Source of the DNA: an uncultured Acidobacteriota bacterium
GTDB lineage: Bacteria; Acidobacteriota; Vicinamibacteria; Vicinamibacterales; UBA8438
Direction: 5' to 3'
Length of the DNA: 64,000 nt
Assembly: GCA_913043225.1 (NCBI GenBank)
Contig: CAJWLU010000009.1
Span: 64,001-128,000 of the forward strand
Numbering within the stretch: position 1 is the first letter of the stretch; each line of letters opens with the position of its first letter. Shown piece after piece: positions 1 to 9,224 of the stretch. The translations under genes were made by a program, and so were the position numbers. Under the pieces are notes generated by a model. That model saw only the letters and a list, made by a program, of their open reading frames with translations. It was not told the DNA's origin and searched no databases.

Positions 1-575
1 TCGGTCGGGTCCCAGAGGTCGTAGTCGACCCAGGGAAAATCCGGCTCGGCAGCGTAGGCAGCCCGGAGGGCGTCCACCACGAGATCGGTGGCGCGTACGT
101 CGTTGCGCCAGGAGCCGTCGGACACCTGCTGCGGACGTCCGTAATGGCTCAGCGGCTGGGCCAGCTCGACCACTGGAAAGATGTCTCCGGTGACGTTGTA
201 CCGGCCACGCGATTGGTGACGGTAGTAGTGAGACAGGGTGCCTGGTTCGAGGGCGGCGGGGCTACCTGCGAAGAGCAGGTCCTGGAAGTAGGCGCGGTTT
301 TTCTCGTCCTGATCCGCGTCGCCGGCGAACCGGTCGTAGCCGATGTCTGAGAACCGGACCGGCAGGATCAGCAGCCGATGCGGCCGGTTGACGGGAGCCA
401 GCGCCGGTTGGATCGAGTCACTCTGAATCTGGGGGTGGCCGAGCTGGTCGAACTGGAAGTCGGCCAGCGCTTCAACCATCGACTCGGCGGTGGCCGACGG
501 TTGGGCGCCTATTTTGTGTGTGGGCAAGAGTACGGCTAAGAGTACGACCGCCGGCGTCCAGCGTGTCGTCAGCAT
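1..575 (-). CDS. Secreted M6 family (immune inhibitor A-like) metalloprotease, N-terminal part; runs off the window start
   Basis: Not in the ORF track; translated manually. ATG at 575 with GGAGG at 583-587 (minus strand). Reads MLTTRWTPAVVLLAVLL...RLLILPVRFSD...GTLSHYYRHQSRGRYNVTGDI...FPWVDYDLWDP, resembling M6 N-terminal motifs. HExxH is not within the window. Confidence 0.7.
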   Translation of the reverse strand, partial: MLTTRWTPAVVLLAVLLPTHKIGAQPSATAESMVEALADFQFDQLGHPQIQSDSIQPALAPVNRPHRLLILPVRFSDIGYDRFAGDADQDEKNRAYFQDLLFAGSPAALEPGTLSHYYRHQSRGRYNVTGDIFPVVELAQPLSHYGRPQQVSDGSWRNDVRATDLVVDALRAAYAAEPDFPWVDYDLWDPT

Positions 576-589
576 CGGGATACCTCCGC

Positions 590-3100
590 TCAGGCCCGGA
601 CCACGCGGCAGGCGAAACACTTGTACGCCTGCTGGCCGGACAGATTGTCGAAGTAACGGTCGTCTACCAGGGTGTTGGCTGGATCCGAATAGGTGGGCGC
701 TCCGGCCAGGTCGACAGTTTGAGCGAAGCCGAAACCGTTGGGCACGAACACGGTGTCGGAACGCATCGCTTCCCACACCACGGCGGTGCCGAGTACCCGC
801 CCGCGCGGACTTTCCACGGCGATCTCGTCGCCATTGGCAATGCCGGCCGCCGTGGCCGCCTCGGGATGCAGCTGGATCAGCCGCACGCCATCGAGCTGCT
901 TTCCACCATGGGTCCAGTGCGTCACTCCTGCGAAATGCACCACGCTCGAACGGCCGATCATGCCCATGAGCGGGTAGTCAACGTGCACGTCGCCAGGAGC
1001 CGGCTCGCCGAGTCGCACCACTGGAGTCGCTGCGTGCGGGTTGATCGGGTTGCTGACCAACCGGTTCTCGTACTCGATCGACGGATGCCCGCCCGTCACT
1101 TCCGGATGTGTGTAGAAGGTGGGTAGCGCGGTGTGCCCGGCCTCCTGCAGTTGCGCGTCCAGCTCGGGCGTGTAGATCTCGATCTGGCCGCTCGGTGTCA
1201 GGAACCGCTGGTCGGCTTCGCCACCCAGGCTGGCCGCAGCCTCGTACCAAGACGGATGGTCCAGATACAGCGTGCTCACCCCGGGATGGTCGGTGGTCGG
1301 GCAGGGCCAGCGCATTGGTTCAGCGCTGCCTTCGAGACGCTCTCGCGTCAGGCCCTCGACCCCGGGCGTGCGCGCGACAAATTCTGACCATAGTGTGTTG
1401 TAGTCGCGCCACGCGAGCGGGAACGCGTCGGTCCACTCGCTTGCTGGACGGGTTCCATCTAGCCGGGCTAGCGTGTGGGCCAGGTCGATCCAGATTTCGA
1501 TGTCGGTGCGGCTTTCACCGACTCGGGGCACTGCGGCCTGTTGCCACCGGATGGCGCGGTCATCGCGCCGCATGTAGATCCCGTCAGTCTCGAGTCCGCT
1601 ACAGACCGGGAGGATGACGTCCGCGTAGTAGGCGGCTTCCTCCATAAAGAGCCCCGTGTAGACGTAAAACTCGAGCGCCGCGAACGCCTCGCGGACACGC
1701 GTGGTGTTGGCCGAGGCCAACAGCGGGTTGCCTTCGGTCACAACCGCGCGCAGCCGATATGGTTGTTCTCTCAGGATCGACTCGGCGAACGAGTCGGGGC
1801 CCACTGGTAGCGCTTGATCCTTCTCGGCGACCTTTGCTTCGAGTGGGGGTAGGTTCAGGCCACCGGGCCAGGTGTTATGCATAAAGTTGCATCCGCCACC
1901 AGATACCCCAATGTTGCCGGTGATAGCCGCGAGGAACACGAGGGTTCGATAGGTGTCGAACGCTCCAAGCTGATGGGAGATGCCGGCGTTGCAGAAAATG
2001 GCGGCGGTCGGCGCCGACGCGTAGTCCCGGGCTAGCTGTCGAATGTCGGCGGCAGGGAGATCGCAGATTTCGGCCGCCCACTCTGGGGTGTAGGCGTTGT
2101 CGCGGAGGTGCCTAGAGAGTTCGTCGAAGCCTAGCACCCAGCGGTCGACGGTCTCGTGGTCGTAGAGGTCTTGTTCGACGATCTCGTGCAGCAGCGCTAG
2201 TACCAGAGCCAGGTCTGTGTGTGGTTTGGGCGCCAGCCATCGGTTGGCATAGGCCGCAGTGGGGGTCTGCCGGGGGTCGACCACGACCAGTGGGGCCCCG
2301 GAGCGCTCTCGACCGCGAAGCAGATACTCGAAGGTAACCGGATGCGTCTCGGCCTGGTTAGTTCCCAAGAACAAGTAGAACGCCGAGGAGCCGAGATCGT
2401 CCTTCCCGGTGGCGGGATCGACGCCATAGCCGTTGGTGAAATTGCCGAGGCCTAGCGTCCACGCCAGGGCGTTTCCGCCGGCGTCGTTACACACCGGTCC
2501 TACGTCGGTCGCGTTCGGGCTGCCCAATAGGTCGAACACGCGGCCGATGACCGAGCCGGCGCCCCGGAGCATCCGGCCCGTCGTCCGGTTGGCGATGGTG
2601 CGTGCCTTTCCAGAATCGCGTAGCTCGAGGAACTTCGCAGCGATCGTTTCAAGCACCTCGTTCCAGCTGGCCTCGCGAAACTGCGAACCTTCGAGGTCGC
2701 CCTTAGCTCCGCCCGTGCGGATGAGCGGCGTCGTCAGTCGGTACTGGTTGTGCACCAGCTGACCCATTAGGTCGGCCTTCACACACAGCTGGCCAGCCTG
2801 CACCGGGTCGTCAGTTAATCCCTCGATTGACACCACGCGACCCCCGCGAGTGTGTACGTCGAGGGCACAGTTTGCGTTGCAGAACTGACAGGCGCTCCGG
2901 GTTGTGGTGTCGGCGCCAAGTACCGGCGACGAGCCGCTGAAATCGAAAGAGCCCGGCCGCGTGGTTCCGTCAGAGGTGGGCGGTACGTCTGGTGTTGGCG
3001 TGCAGCCGGAGAGTAGTCCCGCCCCGGCGCCGACCAGGGTGCCCTTCAGGAAGCGACGCCGAGTCGGATCTGTACTTCGGGACGAAAACGGCTTAGTCAT
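590..3100 (-). CDS. Molybdopterin (bis-MGD, DMSO reductase superfamily) oxidoreductase catalytic subunit, Tat-exported, probable lipoprotein
   Basis: TRRRFLK Tat motif, LLSGC lipobox, CQFCNANC...GQLCVK [4Fe-4S] motif, GTNQAETHP, VVVDPR, PKPHTDLAL, YADVILP, C-terminal HPEAA...GIANGD...SPRG domain. Confidence 0.9.
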   Translation of the reverse strand: MTKPFSSRSTDPTRRRFLKGTLVGAGAGLLSGCTPTPDVPPTSDGTTRPGSFDFSGSSPVLGADTTTRSACQFCNANCALDVHTRGGRVVSIEGLTDDPVQAGQLCVKADLMGQLVHNQYRLTTPLIRTGGAKGDLEGSQFREASWNEVLETIAAKFLELRDSGKARTIANRTTGRMLRGAGSVIGRVFDLLGSPNATDVGPVCNDAGGNALAWTLGLGNFTNGYGVDPATGKDDLGSSAFYLFLGTNQAETHPVTFEYLLRGRERSGAPLVVVDPRQTPTAAYANRWLAPKPHTDLALVLALLHEIVEQDLYDHETVDRWVLGFDELSRHLRDNAYTPEWAAEICDLPAADIRQLARDYASAPTAAIFCNAGISHQLGAFDTYRTLVFLAAITGNIGVSGGGCNFMHNTWPGGLNLPPLEAKVAEKDQALPVGPDSFAESILREQPYRLRAVVTEGNPLLASANTTRVREAFAALEFYVYTGLFMEEAAYYADVILPVCSGLETDGIYMRRDDRAIRWQQAAVPRVGESRTDIEIWIDLAHTLARLDGTRPASEWTDAFPLAWRDYNTLWSEFVARTPGVEGLTRERLEGSAEPMRWPCPTTDHPGVSTLYLDHPSWYEAAASLGGEADQRFLTPSGQIEIYTPELDAQLQEAGHTALPTFYTHPEVTGGHPSIEYENRLVSNPINPHAATPVVRLGEPAPGDVHVDYPLMGMIGRSSVVHFAGVTHWTHGGKQLDGVRLIQLHPEAATAAGIANGDEIAVESPRGRVLGTAVVWEAMRSDTVFVPNGFGFAQTVDLAGAPTYSDPANTLVDDRYFDNLSGQQAYKCFACRVVRA

Positions 3101-4710
3101 GGTGACTCACACGCGAACGTCCAGCCGTGTTCACAGGCTCGGGTGTAGAGCTCGGCTTCCGACCAGTCGTTCAGGGTCGGCCGGCCCTGTCGCAGCAGGA
3201 TGCGGAGATCGTTCACCGCCGGGTCGCCCCGAGCCGGGGTGCCGGGGTTGGCTGTGTTGAGGCAGCCAGGCTCGGACCCCTGCTCGCACGCCTGGTTGAA
3301 GAGCGCCGCCGCCACCTGGAAATCGGGATCTACGATGACGCCTTCGGTGTAGTGGGCGCCTAGCTCGTTGCATGACCAGCCCGAGCCGTCGCTGCAGTCG
3401 AGGAACTGCAGCAGCGCGAGGGTGGCGCACCCCTTCCGCAGGTCGTTTTCGCAGGCCTCTTCCCAGAAGAGGATACTGTCTCCCCGGTGGCGTCCGTCGG
3501 CCGCTCCGATGGTGGACATGCCGACGAAGAAGATGGCCCACACCGCCATGTGGAACACGTTGGCGTGCCGCGGAATGGCGATGCCTTGGATCTCACCCAC
3601 GAGGAAGCGCTGTGGCAGCTTGGCTGCCACCCGGTCGATCCACTGCACGCTCAAATTCAGCAGCGGGACACAGAGGAGCTTGTCGTAGAACGTAGGCTGC
3701 TGGAATTGACCCAGTAGCTCATAGAGTCCGAACACGGTAGTGCCGTAGAGCAGCCCGAAGATCAGCTTGCCCGGTGCGGTCCGGGGCGACGTGGACGGGT
3801 CGGTCACCAGCAGGTGCAGCCCGAGGAAGACGGCGATCGGAATTTCGGAGTCGATGAAGAACGGCACCCCGACTATCTGGGTGTAGAGCGCGCTCAATCC
3901 GAAGAGCGTCGCCGCCGCGAAGGCCGACACCAGCGTGATGTTGAAGAAGTACATCGCTACCAGCCCGATGGCGAACAGGAAGAGATAGGGCTGTGGTGCC
4001 AGGTTCAGTGTGGTAGCGATCTGGTCACCCCAGGTGATGTTCGTGGTGCCGGTAAAGATCAGGCCCAGCGAGAACAGACCCAGTGAAAAGGCCGACGGGT
4101 TGAAGATATGTACTCGACGCCCGTCGCGTTCCCACCGCACGAACTCCTTGCCCAGGAAGCCGACCCCGAGCATGAGAAATTGCAAGTAGAAGAAGTCGTC
4201 GATGAACCAGAGGAATAAGTTCGTACTAAACAAAATGGGGAACGGCCCGAACCCCAGTGTGTAGCGTTCGCGTCTCGACCACGCCAGCAGCATGTCGAAC
4301 GCGTAGCAGAAGAGCAGTTGGCCCACGAGCAGCCAGAAGTGGTTGGCTACCGGCGGCCAGTAGGAGCCCCAGTAAATGAAAACCGACGTGTGAAGGATGG
4401 CCTGAATCCAGTGTTGCTTCCGGAGGGCTATGTCGAAGCCACGTCCTGTCTGTGCCGCCCGGAGGCGCTGGGAGAGCATCCAGGTCCAGACGAGGACGAC
4501 CAGCGACGACAGCCAGAAAGACCATATCAGGGTCGGGTGCTGCTGCACGCGAGGGAGGAATGACAGGCCGAGTATGCCCAACCCGAAGCCCGCCGGGAGC
4601 CACAGCACTGAGCGGGACGCCGTCGGGGCCACGGAGGTCTCCGGAATGGCCGCCATGGCGGACATGGGCTGACCTTTAGGTGAGCGGGCTCGCTTGCGCT
4701 TTGTTGCCAT
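3097..4710 (-). CDS. RnfD/NqrB-like (UnbU-like) polytopic membrane protein with C-terminal Cys-rich Sel1-like repeats
   Basis: Many TM segments; HIFNPSAF and VTDPSTSP motifs resemble RnfD/NqrB; SCNELGAHY.EG....D...AAALFNQACEQG...GC is Sel1/Hcp-like. Stop overlaps the oxidoreductase ATG (ATGA). Confidence 0.75.
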   Translation of the reverse strand: MATKRKRARSPKGQPMSAMAAIPETSVAPTASRSVLWLPAGFGLGILGLSFLPRVQQHPTLIWSFWLSSLVVLVWTWMLSQRLRAAQTGRGFDIALRKQHWIQAILHTSVFIYWGSYWPPVANHFWLLVGQLLFCYAFDMLLAWSRRERYTLGFGPFPILFSTNLFLWFIDDFFYLQFLMLGVGFLGKEFVRWERDGRRVHIFNPSAFSLGLFSLGLIFTGTTNITWGDQIATTLNLAPQPYLFLFAIGLVAMYFFNITLVSAFAAATLFGLSALYTQIVGVPFFIDSEIPIAVFLGLHLLVTDPSTSPRTAPGKLIFGLLYGTTVFGLYELLGQFQQPTFYDKLLCVPLLNLSVQWIDRVAAKLPQRFLVGEIQGIAIPRHANVFHMAVWAIFFVGMSTIGAADGRHRGDSILFWEEACENDLRKGCATLALLQFLDCSDGSGWSCNELGAHYTEGVIVDPDFQVAAALFNQACEQGSEPGCLNTANPGTPARGDPAVNDLRILLRQGRPTLNDWSEAELYTRACEHGWTFACESP

Positions 4711-4868
4711 CGTTACGCCGTCGGGTTGCTAGCGATCGTACAAGATTACGCGGAGCTGGACGAGGTGTCAGGCACCAGCGGTCTCTTGACGTTGGCTAGC
4801 GGCTGTGCGACGGTGTCATGCGTCAAGGTCCTCGCCGGGCTCCGGGGGGGAGTGAAGGAGGCTACGCA

Positions 4869-5873
4869 ATGCGTTTCCGTTCGTCATATCCGTGCGTGCT
4901 CGTCGCACTGGCTCTTGTGAGCCTGGTGTTGTTGCCGACTTTGGCTGATGCCCAATCGGCCCCAAAGACCCCATGGGGACACCCTGATCTACAGGGGATC
5001 TGGACCTCGTCCGGGGCAACCCCGTTTGAGCGACCGACTGACATGGTGGGCCGCGAGCGGCTTACTGATGAAGAAGTGTCCTCGATCCGCGCAGCGACCG
5101 AGGAGCGCGACGAGGAACTGCTCAATGCTGCAGCTCGGCGGACCAGCGCGGGTGGCAGCGTAGGCGCCTACAACAACTTTTGGATGGACCGTGGCGCTCG
5201 CACCGACCGCACGTCGATGGTGATCGATCCGCCTGATGGTCGGCTGCCTCCGCTGACCCCGGCGGGGGAGCTCCGCCGTGCGACGGGCGAGAAGGCACCG
5301 GGCGGGATGGAGAACGACGATACCTGGGAAGACCGCCACATCTGGGAGCGCTGCGTGACCCGTGGCGGCATGCCGAACGCCATGTTCCCGCGGTCGTACA
5401 ACAACAACATGCAGGTATTTCAGACCGAGGACCACGTGGTGATGCTGATCGAGCAGGTACACGAGGTTCGCGTGGTGTCGCTCGACGGTCGTGAGCACCC
5501 GTCAAGCAAGGTCTACGGTTGGAACGGCCTATCCACCGGGCACTTCGAAGGCGACACCCTTGTGGTGGTGACCTCGAATATCCATCCCAACGTGAGCGCG
5601 CTACAGCCGTGGTCGATCTTTAACTCGAAGGAAGGTTCGGGCTCGGAGATGACGCTGATTGAGCGGTTCACCCCCACCGGACCAGACTCGCTCGAGTACG
5701 AGGTCGAGGTGTTCGATCCAAAGATGTACACACGGGCTTGGACTGTGGCCTATCCGTTCAGCCGGATGGATGACCTGATGTACGAGTATGCCTGCCACGA
5801 AGGTAACGAAGGCATGATCGGTATCCTGGCTGGCGGACGCGCCGAGGAGGCGGTCGGAGCGGGCGGCCAGTAG
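4869..5873 (+). CDS. Exported conserved hypothetical protein, PDLQGxW...YEYACHEGN family (paralog 1)
   Basis: ATG 4869 after AAGGAGG; signal peptide ending ADA-Q; motifs shared with three other ORFs in this window. Confidence 0.85.
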   Translation: MRFRSSYPCVLVALALVSLVLLPTLADAQSAPKTPWGHPDLQGIWTSSGATPFERPTDMVGRERLTDEEVSSIRAATEERDEELLNAAARRTSAGGSVGAYNNFWMDRGARTDRTSMVIDPPDGRLPPLTPAGELRRATGEKAPGGMENDDTWEDRHIWERCVTRGGMPNAMFPRSYNNNMQVFQTEDHVVMLIEQVHEVRVVSLDGREHPSSKVYGWNGLSTGHFEGDTLVVVTSNIHPNVSALQPWSIFNSKEGSGSEMTLIERFTPTGPDSLEYEVEVFDPKMYTRAWTVAYPFSRMDDLMYEYACHEGNEGMIGILAGGRAEEAVGAGGQ

Positions 5874-5978
5874 CGGTGCGTGGTTGGCAAGGTTGACGCC
5901 GGGCCAACCGCGAAAGGTGTCCTTGGCCAACGCGAAACTGCGAGCTTCAGGGGTTTCGCCCTGCCCTTCAGAATCGAA

Positions 5979-6008
5979 CCGGTAGCCTGGTGAATTCCAG
6001 GCTGCCGG
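5979..6008. terminator. GC-rich hairpin, possible terminator
   Basis: CCGGTAGCCTGG-tgaatt-CCAGGCTGCCGG inverted repeat; no clear U-tract. Confidence 0.4.
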
Positions 6009-6026
6009 CTGTATCCGGTGGTGCCT

Positions 6027-6154
6027 GGCCGGCTACCGCTTCCCTCCTGGCAACGCTCCAGCAACGCCGTCATCCGTTCGACCACGTCGGGGTGCTGGTC
6101 GTAGGTATTTCTCGTCTCCCCGATGTCGGCCGACAGGTCGTAGAGTAGGTTGGT
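6027..6154 (-). pseudogene. C-terminal remnant of an arylsulfatase-like gene
   Basis: Minus frame reads TNLLYDLSADIGETRNTYDQHPDVVERMTALLERCQEGSGSRP, matching the LYDLxxDxGExxN...HPxVV sulfatase tail; the catalytic region is absent. Confidence 0.7.
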
Positions 6155-6172
6155 CTACAGTCTGTCTTATCG

Positions 6173-7600
6173 ATGGAACCTCGAAGCCCTTGCCTGAGTC
6201 GACGAGGCCTGGTGTGTGCTGCGCTGCTGGTCTGGCTGACCGGCCCGGTGTTAGCCGACGACTGGCCGATGTGGGGAGGGACCCCCGACCGGAATATGAC
6301 GTCGACCGAGGTGGGCCTGCCGACAGCCTGGGACATCGGCGCTGGCACGAGCGTGAAATGGGCCGTCGCTCTAGGTTCGTCGAGCTACGGTAACCCGGTG
6401 GTGGCGGACGGAAAGATCTTCGTGGGGACCAACAACGACGTGCCACGCGACCCGGCTGTGGATGGCGACCGTGGCATCGTGATGGCTTTCCGCGAATCGG
6501 ATGGCGCGTTCCTGTGGCAGATGGTGCACGACAAGCTGGCCACGGGCGAGGAGAACGATTGGCCCTATCAGGGTGTCTGCTCGTCACCGACGGTTGTTGG
6601 TGACCGGCTCTATTACGTGAGCAACCAGGGGGAAGTGGTGGCGCTCGACACCGAGGGCTTCCTCGATGGTGAGGACGATGGGACGGTGACAGACGAGGCG
6701 CTCGCAACCGACTCAGCCGCCGACGTGGTGTGGCGCTACGACATGATCGGCGAACTAGGTGTGTTTCCCCACAATATGACCAGCAGCGCGCCGAGCGTTC
6801 ACGGCGACCTAGTGATCGTTAACACCTCGAACGGGACCAACGAAGAGGGCTATGTGATGGCTCCGGAGGCGCCCGACCTGATTGCCCTCAACCGGGTAAC
6901 TGGAGGGTTGGTCTGGCAGGCGGCGCCGGTGGGCGAGTGGCTCCTGCACGGGCAATGGTCGTCGCCGGCGGTGGCTGAGATCGACGGAGTGACGCAGGTG
7001 GTCATCGGCCAGGGCGACGGCTGGGTGCGTGGCTACCGGGTCGAAGATGGCACCCTGCTCTGGGAGTTCGACACGAATCCCATCGAAGCCGAGTGGCCTG
7101 CCACGCGGAACAACGTCATCGCCACCCCGGTGGTCTGGAACAATCGCGTCTATGTGGCCAATGGGCAGGATCCGGAGAACGGCGAGGGCGAGGGGCGGCT
7201 CCACGCTATTGACGCCACGTTGCGGGGCGACATCAGCGAGACAGGTGGCGTGTGGCAGTTCGACGAGATCAGGCGTTCGCTGACCACCGTCGCCATCGCG
7301 GACGGACTGCTCTACGTGGCGGACTTTAGCGGCTATGTGCGGTGTCTGGATGCCGGGACCGGCGAGGAGTTGTGGGTGCACGACACCTTCGCCGCCATCT
7401 GGGGCTCACCTCTGGTAGCCGATGGCAAGGTGTATCTGGGGGATGAGGACGGCGACGTGGTGGTCTTGCGCGCCGGCCATGAACTCGAGGTGCTGGCCGA
7501 GAACAGTCTCGGGAGCCCCATGTACGGGGCTCCCATCGCCGCCAATGGCGTGCTCTACATCAACACCGTCACGGAGCTATGGGCCCTGGCGGTCGAATGA
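6173..7600 (+). CDS. Exported PQQ-binding-like (BamB-type) beta-propeller protein
   Basis: Signal peptide, DWPMWGG, repeated SSPxVxG and G..W blade motifs. Confidence 0.85.
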   Translation: MEPRSPCLSRRGLVCAALLVWLTGPVLADDWPMWGGTPDRNMTSTEVGLPTAWDIGAGTSVKWAVALGSSSYGNPVVADGKIFVGTNNDVPRDPAVDGDRGIVMAFRESDGAFLWQMVHDKLATGEENDWPYQGVCSSPTVVGDRLYYVSNQGEVVALDTEGFLDGEDDGTVTDEALATDSAADVVWRYDMIGELGVFPHNMTSSAPSVHGDLVIVNTSNGTNEEGYVMAPEAPDLIALNRVTGGLVWQAAPVGEWLLHGQWSSPAVAEIDGVTQVVIGQGDGWVRGYRVEDGTLLWEFDTNPIEAEWPATRNNVIATPVVWNNRVYVANGQDPENGEGEGRLHAIDATLRGDISETGGVWQFDEIRRSLTTVAIADGLLYVADFSGYVRCLDAGTGEELWVHDTFAAIWGSPLVADGKVYLGDEDGDVVVLRAGHELEVLAENSLGSPMYGAPIAANGVLYINTVTELWALAVE

Positions 7601-7632
7601 GCTCGATTGGTGGGGCCAAAGCCCCGCCCCAC

Positions 7633-9045
7633 CTAATTCCCTATCGCGTAGAGCGTGCCGCCGGCGCGGATGTAGAGATGACCATCCGAGATCGACGGCG
7701 TGCTCAGCGTGTACCCGGGCAGTGAGTTCTTAGCGATGATCTCGAACTTTCGCCCTGCCCGGTAGACGGTCGTCACCCCATCCTCACTCGTGGCATACAG
7801 CTTTCCGTCGGCTAGGACCGGCGACGCGCTGTAGGTGCCAGGCTCGAGCCGCTGCTCGGTGTACACCGTTTCGCCGGTTGCGATGTTGAGCGCGTGCGCC
7901 ACCCCGTTGTCCTGCACCACATAGAGCAGCTCACCGTCTGACACCGGAGTCGGCACGTCGGGGCCACTGTGGAACGACCAGAGCAGGTGTGAGGTGGTGA
8001 CGTTGCCCCGGCCGCCCGCTCTGAGCGCGAGCATGGGCCGTACGCGGGTCGGCGCGATGATGGTTTCACCCACAACCAGTGGGGAAGCCACCAGCCGGTA
8101 CGCGCCGTTGTTGGTCGGGTTCAGGCCATCGGCGCGCCACAGCTCGGCGCCTGTCGCCGGGTCGTGCCCGGTGACCACATCGCCGCCCGTGATCACGATC
8201 TCGGTTTGCCCGTCGTACTGGAGGAGTGCCGGTGTCGTGTACGAGTCAGGCGACTCCCGCTCGGCCTCGGTTGGCCGCTCCACCAGCCAGACGGTCTCGC
8301 CCGTGGCCTTGTCGAGTCGGAGCACGTAGGACGGATCGTCGGTGCGCATGCCGTGCAGCACCTGCACGTAGAGCGCGTCCTCATGAAGCAGTGGTGAGCT
8401 GGCGAAGCCCCAGTTCAGCCCAAACGACCAGTAGTCATCGGAAATATTGCGGGCCCAGATCTCGTTGCCGTCAAAGTCGAAGCCGCGGAGCCAGCCCGTG
8501 CCGGTCATCACCCACACATGTTCGCCGTCGGTCACCGGCGACGGCGTCGACATGTTCTGCTTGCGAGCCTGGCGGTCATTGTTGCTGAGGAATTGCTTCC
8601 ACTCCACGGACCCGTCCCGGCGGTCGAGCTTCCACAACTCGACGATCTGGTTGGGATCGCCCGTTGGGGTTGGTCGCGGTCCGCTCCGGCTTCGTCCACC
8701 ACTGGGCGGGCGTCCTGGCCCGCGTCGGCCTTGTCCCCGCCGGCCGAGGCCGCGCCCACCAGCGCTCCGCTCAAGATACGAGACGGTGATGAAGATGGTG
8801 TCTTCCCAGATGATCGGGGTGGCCCCGCTCCAGGAGTCCTCAGCGATATCGAGCGTCCAGGCGACGTTCTCGGTGTCGCTCCAGGTGGCGGGGAGCCCCG
8901 TTTCACCGCTGGTGCCGTTCAGGCTGGGCCCACGCCACTGTGGCCAGTTCTCGGCCGCAGTGAGCGACACGCTAGAGGTGAGCGCCAGTGCGGCCACGGC
9001 AGCGACCGCGGTCAGACGGAACTTCCGAGAGAGCACCTTCTCCAC
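7633..9045 (-). CDS. Exported PQQ-binding-like beta-propeller protein with a Gly/Arg/Pro-rich insert
   Basis: Signal peptide, ENWPQWRGP, WGFASSPLL, YSASPVLADGKLY. Confidence 0.85.
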   Translation of the reverse strand: MEKVLSRKFRLTAVAAVAALALTSSVSLTAAENWPQWRGPSLNGTSGETGLPATWSDTENVAWTLDIAEDSWSGATPIIWEDTIFITVSYLERSAGGRGLGRRGQGRRGPGRPPSGGRSRSGPRPTPTGDPNQIVELWKLDRRDGSVEWKQFLSNNDRQARKQNMSTPSPVTDGEHVWVMTGTGWLRGFDFDGNEIWARNISDDYWSFGLNWGFASSPLLHEDALYVQVLHGMRTDDPSYVLRLDKATGETVWLVERPTEAERESPDSYTTPALLQYDGQTEIVITGGDVVTGHDPATGAELWRADGLNPTNNGAYRLVASPLVVGETIIAPTRVRPMLALRAGGRGNVTTSHLLWSFHSGPDVPTPVSDGELLYVVQDNGVAHALNIATGETVYTEQRLEPGTYSASPVLADGKLYATSEDGVTTVYRAGRKFEIIAKNSLPGYTLSTPSISDGHLYIRAGGTLYAIGN

Positions 9046-9224
9046 GCCGTCCTCCTTAAATGCCCCAGAGCGACAAGCTTACCCGTTCTGGACGCATGGC
9101 GGTGCGACCGACCTGCTCGTTTACTCCCGCGCACTGCGTGAGGGGACGCGCAGGACACCACTATGCTCTGGTGTTTGACGGCCTGGTCGCGCTCTGGATG
9201 GCAGGCCGGGGTCGAAGAGGTCGT

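Noticed and set aside
5960..5985. GGTTCGATTC on the minus strand as a tRNA T-loop
   Set aside because: T-stem pairing is incomplete and no acceptor or anticodon arms are visible.
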